From Thermoplasmata archaeon (GTDB lineage Archaea; Thermoplasmatota; Thermoplasmata; UBA10834): DNA of 64,000 nt. The notes below the pieces were generated by a model that worked only from the letters and a program-made list of their open reading frames with translations, had not been told where the DNA came from and did no database searches. The DNA lies in assembly GCA_020696395.1 (NCBI GenBank), contig JAEHCN010000001.1, positions 1,902 to 65,901 on the forward strand, given 5' to 3'. How positions within the stretch are numbered: position 1 is the first letter of the stretch; each line of letters starts with the position of its first letter. This document shows positions 19,271 through 29,633 of the stretch, piece by piece. Both the position numbers and the translations under genes were made by a program.

Positions 19271-20480
19271 AGATCGCCACGGCGCCGGCCCCGGCTTCTC
19301 GTTCCCTGTCGACCTCCTTGCTCCACAGGAGCAGCAGGGCGACGGCCGCGGGAATGGTCATCAACGCCATGGCCATGATGCTTTCGACGAGGCCCCAGGC
19401 AGAGGCCATGTAGCCGAAACCTATCTCGAACACGACGAGCAGGCTCGTGAACGTGAATGCGGCGATCGCCACGACCGTGGACCGGTGCTCGGAATCCACG
19501 CGGCGGTTGATGTATGCGTTGATTATCGGCGCCTGGATACCGGCCACGAGGTATATCGGATACTGCGTTATGATTGCAGCAGGATGCCTGACCATGAACA
19601 CGACGACGAAGGAGATGAGGATCGCACCGTACATGAAGACGAGCGACCTCTTCTCTCCCAGGACGCCCTCTATCCTCCTGGCCAAGCGTATCATGATTGC
19701 GGCGACGGCCAGGAAGCTAGCGAAGAAGATGCCGATCTCGAGATATCCGAGCGAAAGATCCTCGTTCATGTAGATCGATCTGAAGAACGCCATCACGTAG
19801 ATGCCTATCTCGATGATTATCTGGAACAGGATCAGTATGATGATCGCTCTGGACGTTATGACTTGTTTGAGGCCCACACCGAAGTGAGCTTTGTAGGAGA
19901 ACTCTCGTTTCCTCTCCACCTTGGGCTCCTTGAGCATGAACACCGCGAGCGATCCCCCCAAGGCGATGAACGCCGCGATGATGAGGGTGAGGTCCAGACG
20001 GTCAGACCATTCGACGATGAACCCGCCCACCGCGCACGCAGCTGCGTTGGTTGCGAACATGACCACGGTCGCTGTTAGCATAACCACGGTGAACTCGTTC
20101 TCGCGCTTGAGCTCGACGAGCGTGTCGTAGACGAAAGGCGTGTCCCCGCTGATTATGAAGCACACACCAACTGCCCATATGATGTTGGAGGCGACGTACT
20201 GCCAGAACTCAGTGCTGAGCCCGAAGGTGAGGAGACCTAGTGCGAACAGCCCTTCGCCCAACAGCAGGGCGACCTTCCTCCCATACTTGTCCCCGATGAG
20301 TCCGGCCGGTATCTGGAGGCCGATCATGGTGGCCCAGAACGCCGCGTCCACGACCGCGATCAGGAACAGGTCGTCGAGGTTCTCGTACGCCCATAGGGTC
20401 CAGAATGGCATCCACAGCGCGAACGATGTCACTGCACGGAACAGATAGAACCTGCGGATCCGGCTCTCTCCCGCCGCCAT
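19269..20480 (-). CDS. MFS transporter
   Basis: About 12 TM helices, motif A G.IGDKYGRK, SGDTPFVYD, SEHRSTVVA. Confidence 0.9.
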   Translation of the reverse strand: MAAGESRIRRFYLFRAVTSFALWMPFWTLWAYENLDDLFLIAVVDAAFWATMIGLQIPAGLIGDKYGRKVALLLGEGLFALGLLTFGLSTEFWQYVASNIIWAVGVCFIISGDTPFVYDTLVELKRENEFTVVMLTATVVMFATNAAACAVGGFIVEWSDRLDLTLIIAAFIALGGSLAVFMLKEPKVERKREFSYKAHFGVGLKQVITSRAIIILILFQIIIEIGIYVMAFFRSIYMNEDLSLGYLEIGIFFASFLAVAAIMIRLARRIEGVLGEKRSLVFMYGAILISFVVVFMVRHPAAIITQYPIYLVAGIQAPIINAYINRRVDSEHRSTVVAIAAFTFTSLLVVFEIGFGYMASAWGLVESIMAMALMTIPAAVALLLLWSKEVDREREAGAGAVAI

Positions 20481-20600
20481 GAGTTGCCCGTAGCGCAAAC
20501 CAGTTATAAACCTGATTGCGGACCACAGGTATCCCCCTTGGTCCGCGGAGAAGGCGTTTCGACCGCGGAAGAGACTTCTCCCGCAGTTCGGTAGCCGCCC

Positions 20601-21809
20601 CTACAGCTTCTTCACGATGCAGTTCATGCCGAATCTCGGAAGCATGTCGACAAACGGCTGAGGGTCGAGCATCTCCGGCGGGAACACTCCCTTCTGGTCG
20701 ATCTTGCCCTGCGCGAACAGTATAGCCCCAATCACCAGTGGAGCACCGACCGTGTATGCAGTGGCGCTGTGATGGTACTTTTTCCAGCCGTCCTGATGGT
20801 TCATCGATGTGTAGATGTAGTACCCGGCATCCTTTCCGTCCTTAACACCCTTCGTTATGGTGCCAATCGCCAGGTCCCCCCTCGCCCTGTCTCCCAGCGA
20901 TGCTGGGTCCGGAAGCGCTGCTGCGACGACGTCCCTTGGTGCCACCTTGACGCCCTTGACGTCTATCTTTTCCATACTGTCCAGCCCGAGCATGCCGATG
21001 GTCTTGATGGCATTGACATGGTCGTCGCCGAGGCCTATCTTGAAGTCACAGTAATCGCACCCCTTGCCGAGAACCTCCCCGATGTAGGTAGGAAGCGTCT
21101 CCTGCTCCTCGTGGTCGACGTTGTATACCGGGAGCTTCCCGACGGGGGCTGGGTAGTCGAACTCCTCCTTGCCGCTGAACGGCTCTATCTTCCTGTACGC
21201 GCCGTTCCCGTAGATCATGGGCGGCATGAGGACCTCCTCGATGAGCGTCTCAGGTGACCACATAGGCGCGAAATCGTATCCTTCGACATAGCCGTTGTCG
21301 CCGTCCCTCACGAGGATTTCCTTGACCTGGTCCAAGCGGTCGGCTCCCATCCTCGCGAATATGTTCGCTACTCCAGGGTCACACCCAATACCGAGCATGC
21401 CGATGATCCCCGCCTTTTCGTAGGCATCGGAGTACTTCCTCGCCTGGTACTGCACCGGCGGCTCCTTCACTATCTCCCCTGGCTTCTCCTTGGACAGGAA
21501 GATGTCGCTCGCCATGTCAGCGTAGCTCGCCTTCGCCATGAGGCACGCGTCCATTATCGCAAAGTTGAAGCGTGGGATCACGTTGTTGAGAACAAGATCC
21601 ACCCCCTTGAACGCCTGCGCCATCCGCTCGACGTTCGTGGCGTCGAGCTTCATAGATGACACCTTATCATTCGCGATACGCTTCTCCATCTTCTGAGCCT
21701 TCTCAAGATCTATGTCTGCCAGAACGACACTGTCGAACTCCTCCGAGTTCGCCAACAGGTCCGCAGCGACCGATCCAACGGCTCCTACGCCTAGTACAAC
21801 CGTCTTCAT
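20601..21809 (-). CDS. Saccharopine dehydrogenase-family NAD(P) oxidoreductase (carboxynorspermidine dehydrogenase/lysine 6-dehydrogenase-like)
   Basis: GVGAVG Rossmann motif, IMDACL...Y.DMA, GCDPG, HEEQETL, GVFPPE. Confidence 0.85.
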   Translation of the reverse strand: MKTVVLGVGAVGSVAADLLANSEEFDSVVLADIDLEKAQKMEKRIANDKVSSMKLDATNVERMAQAFKGVDLVLNNVIPRFNFAIMDACLMAKASYADMASDIFLSKEKPGEIVKEPPVQYQARKYSDAYEKAGIIGMLGIGCDPGVANIFARMGADRLDQVKEILVRDGDNGYVEGYDFAPMWSPETLIEEVLMPPMIYGNGAYRKIEPFSGKEEFDYPAPVGKLPVYNVDHEEQETLPTYIGEVLGKGCDYCDFKIGLGDDHVNAIKTIGMLGLDSMEKIDVKGVKVAPRDVVAAALPDPASLGDRARGDLAIGTITKGVKDGKDAGYYIYTSMNHQDGWKKYHHSATAYTVGAPLVIGAILFAQGKIDQKGVFPPEMLDPQPFVDMLPRFGMNCIVKKL

Positions 21810-22001
21810 GCTTTCACATTCACCCCGGGCGCCGAAGCAGAAATTCGAGGCCCGGTGTTATCCCAATTGCTGGTGGGTTACTTAAACTTCTCGAACAATT
21901 TCGAATGGGGTTTTAAATCTTGCCAATAGGGCGCATGATATTCGAAAGTGTGCCTCTCCGATAAAACGGCGTTCGACAGGATGCTGAGGCCAGAGTGGAG
22001 T

Positions 22002-23903
22002 TCATCGTTTCTCTGCCGGCCTCTGCCGCATCACGCTGGGGAAACGGTCAGCATCTCGGTGTGGGAGGAACATGGCTTTCGCGAATTCCGCTTGGAAGTC
22101 TTTCTCGCCCGCCAGCTCGATGTACTCGACCCGTTTAGACAGCCGATCCGCCAGGTCTCTGATCTTGGTCGATTTGAGCGCCATCCTCGCACCCGAACCT
22201 GCAGCGTTGCCGACGAACCTGATGTGTTCAGGAGGAATGTCGGGATACATCCCGATTGTTATCGCGCTCGTAGCATCCACGTATGTCCCGAACGCGCCGG
22301 CCGCGTAGACCCTTTTCAAGTCGGAGCACGCAATGCCCAGCTTTGTCATGAGTGTCGAGACCCCTGTGAAAATCGCCGCTTTCGCCAGCTGGATCTCCTG
22401 CACGTCGTTCTGGGTGATTGTGAGGTCAACCGCCGCCTCTGCCTCCGCCGCGGACGCGAGGACGAACTCCCTCTTACCGTCTACTCCTTCTCGTACCCTG
22501 TCGCTCCAGTCGGATGGTAGCATCTTCCCGGAGTCTGAGAGGATTCCTGACCTGAACATCTCCGACAAGGCATCCACGATTCCCGAGCCACAGATGCCAC
22601 GGGCGGGCGCGTCGTCCACCGTCCTGAGGTGGACATCGTTCGTTCCGACATCTATCCAGACCCTCTCGATCGCCCCGGAGGCGGCCCTCATGCCATGCTT
22701 GATGTGAGCCCCCTCGAACGCAGGCCCCGATGCGCACGAGCATGCGATCAGCCTCTCACGGTTGCCCGCGATGATCTCCGTGTTGGTGCCTATGTCTATC
22801 ATCATGCCGATCTCATCGTCCTGGTAGAGGCCAGAGGACAACAGGACTGCGATCGCATCGGCGCCCACGAAGCCGGCTATGTTCGGAAGTGAGCTCACCT
22901 TGCCGAACGGATATATGTCTACGCCAAGGTGGCCCGGGTCGACAGTCAGGGAGGTCCTTACCGCTGGTGCATAGGGCGCCTGAGCGAGATGCTGAGGGGT
23001 GATCCCGAAGAATATGTGATGCATGGCCGTGTTTCCGACTATGACGACCTCAAGGACATCCGTCGGATCCTTCCCCGCTCCTGCGCAACACCTCGCGATG
23101 AGCGAGTTGACCGACCCCACCACGGCCTCATTGAGCTTCATGAGGCCGTCTCTGTTCCTGGTGGCGTAGGTTATTCGCGACATCACGTCCTCGCCGAAGG
23201 GTATCTGCGGGTTGGGCTGGCTCTCCGTCCCTACTACCCCTCCAGTCACGAGGTCCACGAGGTATGCCACGACCTTCGTCGTCCCGATGTCGACGGCAAC
23301 GCCGAGCAGGCTCCCTGTCGTATCTCCCGGGTCGATTCTGATCAGCTCCTCGCCCCTGAAGAGCGTGACGGTCGCCTCCCACGAACTCTCCCTCACGGCA
23401 TTGGGGAGCAGCTGATGCACCCCCTGTGCGATGTTCGCCGTGACAGCCGCCTCCGAGTGCAGCAGCTCGAGCAATCTGTCGTCGTCCGCCCTGATGTCGC
23501 TCAGCGTGGCGGGCGGGATTCTCAGGAGTATCTTCCCCACAGCAGGAGCCAGCTCGATCTCCGGCTCTATCCCGGAAGCCAGGAGTCTGTGATGTCCTCT
23601 ACGGCTAAGTTCTGGGATGTCGACGACTATGTCTCCCTCGACGACGACTCTGGCTTGGCAAGCCAGCCGCACGCCCATGCCGATTTCCTCAGCGGTCAGG
23701 GCTGCGTTCTCGCTCTCGTTTACGGGGGAGAGATGCTTTGCTCCCGTGGCCGCCAGCACTCTGCACTTGCCGCACTTCCCCGTCCCGCCGCATATCGATT
23801 CGACTGAGACGTCTACCTCCCTCGCGAGGTCTAGGAGCGAGGCTCCTGTTCGTGTGCTTGTTCCTCGTCCAAGGGGCTGAAAACGCGTGACCATCTTTGG
23901 CAT
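22002..23903 (-). CDS. ASKHA-ATPase corrinoid reductive activator (RACo/AcsV-like) with N-terminal 2Fe-2S domain
   Basis: CGGTGKCGKC...RLACQ, DIGTT, NPQ..FGEDVMSRI, GFVGAD, DIGTNTE, GPAFEG, QLAKAAI, AGAFG, GNAAGSG. Confidence 0.92.
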   Translation of the reverse strand: MPKMVTRFQPLGRGTSTRTGASLLDLAREVDVSVESICGGTGKCGKCRVLAATGAKHLSPVNESENAALTAEEIGMGVRLACQARVVVEGDIVVDIPELSRRGHHRLLASGIEPEIELAPAVGKILLRIPPATLSDIRADDDRLLELLHSEAAVTANIAQGVHQLLPNAVRESSWEATVTLFRGEELIRIDPGDTTGSLLGVAVDIGTTKVVAYLVDLVTGGVVGTESQPNPQIPFGEDVMSRITYATRNRDGLMKLNEAVVGSVNSLIARCCAGAGKDPTDVLEVVIVGNTAMHHIFFGITPQHLAQAPYAPAVRTSLTVDPGHLGVDIYPFGKVSSLPNIAGFVGADAIAVLLSSGLYQDDEIGMMIDIGTNTEIIAGNRERLIACSCASGPAFEGAHIKHGMRAASGAIERVWIDVGTNDVHLRTVDDAPARGICGSGIVDALSEMFRSGILSDSGKMLPSDWSDRVREGVDGKREFVLASAAEAEAAVDLTITQNDVQEIQLAKAAIFTGVSTLMTKLGIACSDLKRVYAAGAFGTYVDATSAITIGMYPDIPPEHIRFVGNAAGSGARMALKSTKIRDLADRLSKRVEYIELAGEKDFQAEFAKAMFLPHRDADRFPSVMRQRPAEKR

Positions 23904-24033
23904 AGAGATCGATTGGATGAGAAATGCGGTACATGATTATACTTATGGTCGTTGTTGGGTCTAGGAACGCGCAATGAGCCAACGACGCTCGTCTCAGCAA
24001 CTATTTTATACGACAAGCATCTACCGCATCCTG

Positions 24034-24090
24034 CTCTTTTCATCCGAAGGAGCCCGTGAATGATGACGGTGCTCAGGCACCTGAAGGAGG
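24034..24090 (+). promoter_or_regulatory. Box C/D-type K-turn in rpl7ae 5' UTR (L7Ae autoregulation site)
   Basis: Box C ATGATGA 24060-24066, stem GGTGC-TCAG-GCACC, box D CTGA 24081-24084; CTCTT 24034-24038 pairs with RBS AGGAG. Confidence 0.65.
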
Positions 24091-24097
24091 TATCGAC

Positions 24098-24469
24098 TTG
24101 ACGAAGGCAATCTATGTGAAATTTGAGATGCCGAAGGAACTCGTGGACAAGGCATTCGATATCGTCGAACTCGCAAGGGACGGCGGAAAGGTCAGGAGGG
24201 GGACCAACGAGGTCACCAAGCTGGTCGAGCGCGGCGAGGCAGTGTTCGTCGTGATGGCTGCGGACGTGTCTCCCCCGGAGATACTCATGCACATGCCCGC
24301 CCTGTGTGAGGAGAAGAACATCCCATACGCCTACGTTCCGGCGAAGGCCGAGCTGGGCAACGCCTGTGGGCTGGAGAAGCCAACGGCGGCCGTGGCCGTC
24401 CTAGACGCCGCGAAGGGCAAGCCCGCGCTCGACGAGCTCGTTGGGAAGCTGAAGGCGCTTAAGAAGTAG
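24098..24469 (+). CDS. rpl7ae: 50S ribosomal protein L7Ae
   Basis: YVKFEMP.EL, GKVRRGTNEVTK, DVSPPEI; TTG start after GGAGG. Confidence 0.97.
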   Translation: MTKAIYVKFEMPKELVDKAFDIVELARDGGKVRRGTNEVTKLVERGEAVFVVMAADVSPPEILMHMPALCEEKNIPYAYVPAKAELGNACGLEKPTAAVAVLDAAKGKPALDELVGKLKALKK

Positions 24470-24478
24470 GTGTGACAG

Positions 24479-24688
24479 ATGGCCGAGGATAGCATACCGT
24501 CAACAGTCGTCGAAGTCATCGGAAGGACAGGGATGACGGGCGAGGCTACCCAGGTGAAGGTCAGGGTCCTTGACGGAAGAGACAAGGGCCGGATCATCAC
24601 CAGGAACGTCATGGGCCCGATCCGGGTCGGTGACGTGCTGATGCTCAAGGAGACCTCGAGAGAGGCGAGGAAGCTCAGCGTGCGCTGA
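24479..24688 (+). CDS. rps28e: 30S ribosomal protein S28e
   Basis: [28 protein letters not shown]. Confidence 0.97.
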   Translation: MAEDSIPSTVVEVIGRTGMTGEATQVKVRVLDGRDKGRIITRNVMGPIRVGDVLMLKETSREARKLSVR

Positions 24689-24721
24689 CGCGCCTAGGCC
24701 ATGTGTGCGAGGTGAGATTCA

Positions 24722-25105
24722 ATGGTGGAGCGAAGAGTTTGTACGTTCTGCGGTCAGGAGATTGAGCCTGGAACCGGCAGGATGTACATAAAGAGGGACG
24801 GCGTGGTCTTCCAATTCTGCACATCCAAATGCTTCAAGAACCTGGTCGAACTAAAGCGTGTCCCCAGGCGGACCACATGGACAGAATGGAGCGCTAGGGA
24901 GAAGCAGGTCAGGACCAAGGGGACCGAGCCGGAGGCCGCGCCTGGCAAGACCCGGAAGATCAGAAAGCGTGCGAAGCCCAGGAAGAAGAGCGCCGCTGAT
25001 GAGAAACCCGAGCCAGAGGAGACCGGCCAGGCCGAGGACGCTGGAGCCGGTCCTGAAGAGGAGAGCGCCGCGGACACTGAAGTCGAACAGGGTGAGAAGG
25101 AATGA
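24722..25105 (+). CDS. rpl24e: 50S ribosomal protein L24e with long charged C-terminal extension
   Basis: CTFCG.EIEPGTG.M, FCTSKC, PR...WT. Confidence 0.95.
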   Translation: MVERRVCTFCGQEIEPGTGRMYIKRDGVVFQFCTSKCFKNLVELKRVPRRTTWTEWSAREKQVRTKGTEPEAAPGKTRKIRKRAKPRKKSAADEKPEPEETGQAEDAGAGPEEESAADTEVEQGEKE

Positions 25106-25557
25106 GGGAGCGCACCTTCGTGATGGTGAAGCCGGACGGTGTCCAGCGAGGGCTCGTCGGCGATATCGTGTCGCGGTTCGAGTCCAGGGGATACAGGATC
25201 TGCGGTGTCAAGATGATGAAGGTCCCGAGGGAGCTGGCAGAACGTCACTACGAGGAGCACAAGGGGAAGCCATTCTACGAGCCGCTCCTGACGTACATCA
25301 CTTCCGGTCCAGTCGTCTGCATGGTGCTCGAAGGCGAGAACGTCGTCGCGGTGGTCCGTGCAATGATGGGCAAGACGAACCCGCAGGATGCCTCTCCTGG
25401 CACGATCAGAGGTGACTTCGCCCAGGTGACCGGCAGGAACGTCATCCACGGGTCGGACTCGTCCGAGAGCGCCAAGCGCGAGATGAACCTGTTCTTCAAC
25501 GACTACGAGCTGCATTCGTACGAGAAGCCGGAAGAGGACTGGCTCTTCGAGAAGTGA
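25102..25557 (+). CDS. ndk: Nucleoside diphosphate kinase
   Basis: [32 protein letters not shown]. Confidence 0.98.
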   Translation: MRERTFVMVKPDGVQRGLVGDIVSRFESRGYRICGVKMMKVPRELAERHYEEHKGKPFYEPLLTYITSGPVVCMVLEGENVVAVVRAMMGKTNPQDASPGTIRGDFAQVTGRNVIHGSDSSESAKREMNLFFNDYELHSYEKPEEDWLFEK

Positions 25558-25673
25558 ACGGATACGATCCGTCGTGGTGGCCGTGGCGGGCACCGGCGTC
25601 CGCCGCTGTGCCCAGTCGGTTCTTCCATCCAGCTAGGTTAAGTTGAAATATAGGCCGGCCCTTGGACGAGGTC

Positions 25674-27428
25674 GTGTCCGTGCGGCAGCCGATAGTCTCG
25701 GTCCTTGGCCATGTGGATCATGGCAAGTCGACAATCCTCGATAGCATCAGGGGGACCAACGTCGTGTCGAGGGAAGCTGGCGGGATCACGCAGCACATCG
25801 GAGCGACCGACGTCCCCATTGAGACCATACACTCGTTGTGTGGAGGACTTATCGGCGGCCAGAGGTTCGAGGTCCCCGGCCTTCTGTTCATCGACACTCC
25901 TGGCCACTACTCGTTCGTGAGCCTGCGCAGCCGCGGGGGCGCCCTGGCGGACCTGGCCATACTCGTCATAGACATCAACGAGGGGTTGAAGCCGCAGACG
26001 ACTGAGTCGATCAACATCCTGCGGAAGCTCAGGACTCCCTTCGTCATCGCTGCGAACAAGATCGACCTCATACCTGGGTGGAGGGCCCAGAAGGGGAAAC
26101 CAATAGGTGAATCGCTCGAGGCACAGGACTCGCGGGTCTCCTCGGAGCTGGACGAGAGATTGTACGCCCTCGTGGGAAGGCTGTACGACGTGGGCGGTTT
26201 CAGCGCCGACAGGTTCGATAGGATCACCGACTTCACCAAGTCCGTGGCGATCGTGCCGGTGAGCGGCAAGACAGGAGAAGGGCTCGCTGACCTCCTGCTC
26301 ATACTGATCGGCCTTGCACAGAAGTTCCTGGAGTCGAACTTGAGGACGGAGAGCGGCCCTGGAGAAGGGACCGTCCTCGAGGTGAAGGAGGACAAGGGCA
26401 TCGGCACCGTGATGGACACGATCATCTACAGCGGGACGATCGCCGTCGGGGATACCATCGTCATATCTTCCGTCAAGGGCGCGCCCATCCAGACGAAGGT
26501 CAGGGCGATGCTTCGCCCCAAACCGCTTGACGAGATAAGGGACTCGAACCAGGGGTTCGACCATGTCGAGTCGGTCTCAGCCGCCGCGGGCATCAGGGTC
26601 GTCGCTCCGAACTTGGAGGACGCCATGGCGGGGGGACTCGTAAGGGTCGTCTCGGACGACATCGAGAAGACGCTGGAGGACGTGCAGAAGGAGAGCGCGA
26701 TCAACGTCGAGCTATCGGAGCAGGGCATCATCGTGCGTGGCGATACCATCGGCTCCCTGGAGGCGCTGGCGTTCGAGGCCAAGAACGCCGATATGCCGAT
26801 GCGGAAGATAGACATCGGGAACGTCTCAAGGAAGGACGTCGTGGAAGCGTCGAACTTCGACGACCCGCTCCACAAGGCGATATTCGCGTTCAGCGTGGGA
26901 GTCAACGCCGACGCCCGCGACGCCGCCCGTGAGCTGGGCGTCACGCTGTTCGAGAGCAAGGTCGTCTACAAGCTTCTGGAGGATTACGATGTCTGGTGTA
27001 AAGAGCGCTCCCGTGAACTCGAGGCTCAGAAGAGGCTTAAGATATTCTATCCCGGGAAGGTGTCCATTCTGCGGGATCATGTGTTCCGCGTGAGCAAGCC
27101 GGCGATAGTGGGCGTGCGGGTTTTGGCTGGCAGGATCCGCCCCGGTCAGAGTCTGATGCGGGACGACGGGCGGCCCGTGGGAAGGATCAAGAGCATCAGA
27201 AAGGGGGAGAAGACCCTTCCCGAGGCGAGGATGGGCGATGAGGTCGCGATCGCCATCGACTCCGCAACCGTCGGTAGGCAGATGGATGTCGAGGACGTAC
27301 TGCTGGTGGACGTGCCCGAAGGCCACGCGCGGGAGCTGCTTTCCCAGAAGCTCTCTCTGGACGAACGGGAAGTGCTGGATGCCGTCGTGAAGATCAAGAG
27401 GAAGGAGAGCCCGTTCTGGGGGAGTTGA
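25674..27428 (+). CDS. infB: Translation initiation factor aIF5B (IF-2)
   Basis: RQPIVSVLGHVDHGKS, EAGGITQHIGA, DTPGH, NKID, C-terminal PFWG. Confidence 0.97.
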   Translation: MSVRQPIVSVLGHVDHGKSTILDSIRGTNVVSREAGGITQHIGATDVPIETIHSLCGGLIGGQRFEVPGLLFIDTPGHYSFVSLRSRGGALADLAILVIDINEGLKPQTTESINILRKLRTPFVIAANKIDLIPGWRAQKGKPIGESLEAQDSRVSSELDERLYALVGRLYDVGGFSADRFDRITDFTKSVAIVPVSGKTGEGLADLLLILIGLAQKFLESNLRTESGPGEGTVLEVKEDKGIGTVMDTIIYSGTIAVGDTIVISSVKGAPIQTKVRAMLRPKPLDEIRDSNQGFDHVESVSAAAGIRVVAPNLEDAMAGGLVRVVSDDIEKTLEDVQKESAINVELSEQGIIVRGDTIGSLEALAFEAKNADMPMRKIDIGNVSRKDVVEASNFDDPLHKAIFAFSVGVNADARDAARELGVTLFESKVVYKLLEDYDVWCKERSRELEAQKRLKIFYPGKVSILRDHVFRVSKPAIVGVRVLAGRIRPGQSLMRDDGRPVGRIKSIRKGEKTLPEARMGDEVAIAIDSATVGRQMDVEDVLLVDVPEGHARELLSQKLSLDEREVLDAVVKIKRKESPFWGS

Positions 27429-27527
27429 GCAATCCCTTGGTGGAACCCTTCCAGTGGTTCCAGTCGCTCCCGAAACCTATATAACTCCTTGCGCATTAGG
27501 GCGTTCTGCGACACCGGAGTTGATTGT

Positions 27528-27923
27528 GTGGCAGAGTTCAGAGCCGTCATAAATGACACAAAGGACGGGAAATCGTATCAGGTGCCTGTCTCAGGGCATC
27601 ACGCCAACACGTTGATCGGCAAGAAGATCGGCGATACCATAGATGGCATATTCGTCGGACTTCCTGGTTACAAGCTGACGATCACCGGAGGCAGCGACAA
27701 GGACGGCTTCCCGCTAAGGAAGGACCTACCGGGCCCTCGCAGGAAGAAGCTGCTCGTATCGAAGAGCATAGGGTTCAGGTCCAAGGAAGGGGGCCTCAGG
27801 AGGAAGAAGAACTTCAGGGGCAACACGATATCTCCGGACAACGTCCAGGTCAACCTCAAAGTCAGCCAGCATGGTTCTAAGCCCATCTCGGAACTCATCA
27901 AGAAAGAGGAGAAGAAAGAATAA
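27528..27923 (+). CDS. rps6e: 30S ribosomal protein S6e
   Basis: [28 protein letters not shown] start after GGAG. Confidence 0.96.
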   Translation: MAEFRAVINDTKDGKSYQVPVSGHHANTLIGKKIGDTIDGIFVGLPGYKLTITGGSDKDGFPLRKDLPGPRRKKLLVSKSIGFRSKEGGLRRKKNFRGNTISPDNVQVNLKVSQHGSKPISELIKKEEKKE

Positions 27924-29155
27924 TGAATGTCCCTTCCCAGCCAGAGACTAACATCGGCATGATCGGCCATGTCGACCATGGCAAGACCACGCTGACCAAG
28001 GCTCTGACTGGGGAGTGGACGGACAGGCATTCCGAAGAGGTCAAGAGGGGCATATCTATCAGGCTCGGATACGCCGATGCCGGGTTCTACAAGTGCGGTG
28101 CATGCGAGGTGCCCGCGTGCTACACCAACCAGCCCGAGTGCCCCGAATGCGGGGGCAAGTGCGAACTGCTCAGGACGGTGTCCTTCGTAGACTCGCCCGG
28201 TCACGAGACACTGATGGCAACGATGTTGTCCGGTGCCGCGATAATGCACGGGGCGTTGTTGCTAGTCGCTGCAAACGAGAAATGTCCCCAGCCGCAGACG
28301 AGAGAGCATCTCATGGCGTTGAGCATCATCGGCGTCGACAAGATTGTCGTCGTGCAGAACAAGGTCGACCTCGTCACAAAGGAGCAGGCGGTACAGAACC
28401 ACAAGGAGATCAAGGAGTTCCTGAAGGGCACGGTCGCCGAGAATGCGCCTGTCATACCCATTTCCGCCCATCACAACATGAACATCGACACGCTCATAAT
28501 GGCCATCGAGAAAGCCATCCCATCACCAAAGTACTCCAAGGAGAACCCCGTCAGGATGTACGTGGCCAGGTCGTTCGACGTCAATGTGCCTGGCACTAAA
28601 CTGAAGGGTCTGAAGGGCGGCGTCATAGGCGGCTCGCTCATCGAAGGGAGCCTGAAGGTCGGGGACGAGATAGAGATACGCCCCGGCAGCAAGGTCGTGA
28701 CGAGCAGGGGCGCGACTTGGGTGCCCCTGGTCACCACGGTGCGCTCGCTCCTCGCGGGCACCCTCGAACTGAAAGAGGCCACGCCGGGGGGATTGATCGC
28801 GATAGGCACAGGACTCGACCCGAGCTTTACGAAATCGGATTCCCTGGTCGGCAGGATCGCCGGAAAGCCTGACACCCTTCCATCGGTCTCCGAGTCTCTG
28901 AAGATAAGGACGGAGCTCCTCAAACGCGTCGTTGGGATGTCGTCCGAGCAGGCCGTCGAGGCCTTGAAGACTAACGAGCCTCTGATGCTCAGCGTGGGGA
29001 CCGCAACGACCGTGGGCGTAGTGACGAGCGGCAGGTCTGACTCTGCCGACATCTCTCTGAAGATACCTGTCTGCGCGGAGAAGGACCAGCGCATAGCGAT
29101 ATCCCGGAGGATCGCCGGGAAGTGGCGCTTGATAGGATACGGCGTCGTCGAATAG
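27923..29155 (+). CDS. eif2g: Translation initiation factor aIF2 gamma subunit
   Basis: [27 protein letters not shown], zinc knuckle, DSPGHE, WRLIGYG. Confidence 0.97.
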   Translation: MNVPSQPETNIGMIGHVDHGKTTLTKALTGEWTDRHSEEVKRGISIRLGYADAGFYKCGACEVPACYTNQPECPECGGKCELLRTVSFVDSPGHETLMATMLSGAAIMHGALLLVAANEKCPQPQTREHLMALSIIGVDKIVVVQNKVDLVTKEQAVQNHKEIKEFLKGTVAENAPVIPISAHHNMNIDTLIMAIEKAIPSPKYSKENPVRMYVARSFDVNVPGTKLKGLKGGVIGGSLIEGSLKVGDEIEIRPGSKVVTSRGATWVPLVTTVRSLLAGTLELKEATPGGLIAIGTGLDPSFTKSDSLVGRIAGKPDTLPSVSESLKIRTELLKRVVGMSSEQAVEALKTNEPLMLSVGTATTVGVVTSGRSDSADISLKIPVCAEKDQRIAISRRIAGKWRLIGYGVVE

Positions 29156-29173
29156 ACCCGGGTGTGAATCTTC

Positions 29174-29542
29174 TTGGTGAAGGCTCTCGTCATCGATGCC
29201 AACGGCCTTTTGATGCCATTCCAGTTCCGCCTCAACCTTGACCTGGAGATAACTAGACTTCTCGGGGAGGTGCCAGTACTCGTACCTGATTCGGTTCTGG
29301 GCGAACTGGGGAGGCTGGGCACGAAGGAGGCCAAGGCCGCCCTGGCGCTCGCCCACAAGTACGAGGTCGTCGCGACCGAGCTCAGTGGGGACGACGCTGT
29401 CATCGATGTCGCGGAGAGGCATTTCGGGGCTGTGCTCACGAACGACAGAGAGCTCATAGAGCGATTGAAGGAACGGGCGATCCCCATCCTTCGTCTCAGG
29501 AGCGGGCGTTTTCTGATTCTTACGGGCTGCGCATCGGACTGA
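29174..29542 (+). CDS. PIN-domain nuclease (Fcf1/Utp24-like)
   Basis: IDANGL, V..EL, GDD, TNDREL; usual position after aIF2gamma. Confidence 0.85.
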   Translation: MVKALVIDANGLLMPFQFRLNLDLEITRLLGEVPVLVPDSVLGELGRLGTKEAKAALALAHKYEVVATELSGDDAVIDVAERHFGAVLTNDRELIERLKERAIPILRLRSGRFLILTGCASD

Positions 29543-29633
29543 GCTCGTCAGGGCGGCTGGGCAGACCAATTGATATGCCAGGAACTGGACGGCCGAAAGG
29601 CTATTATGATGCCTTGCTTATCCGAAGCCTGCC

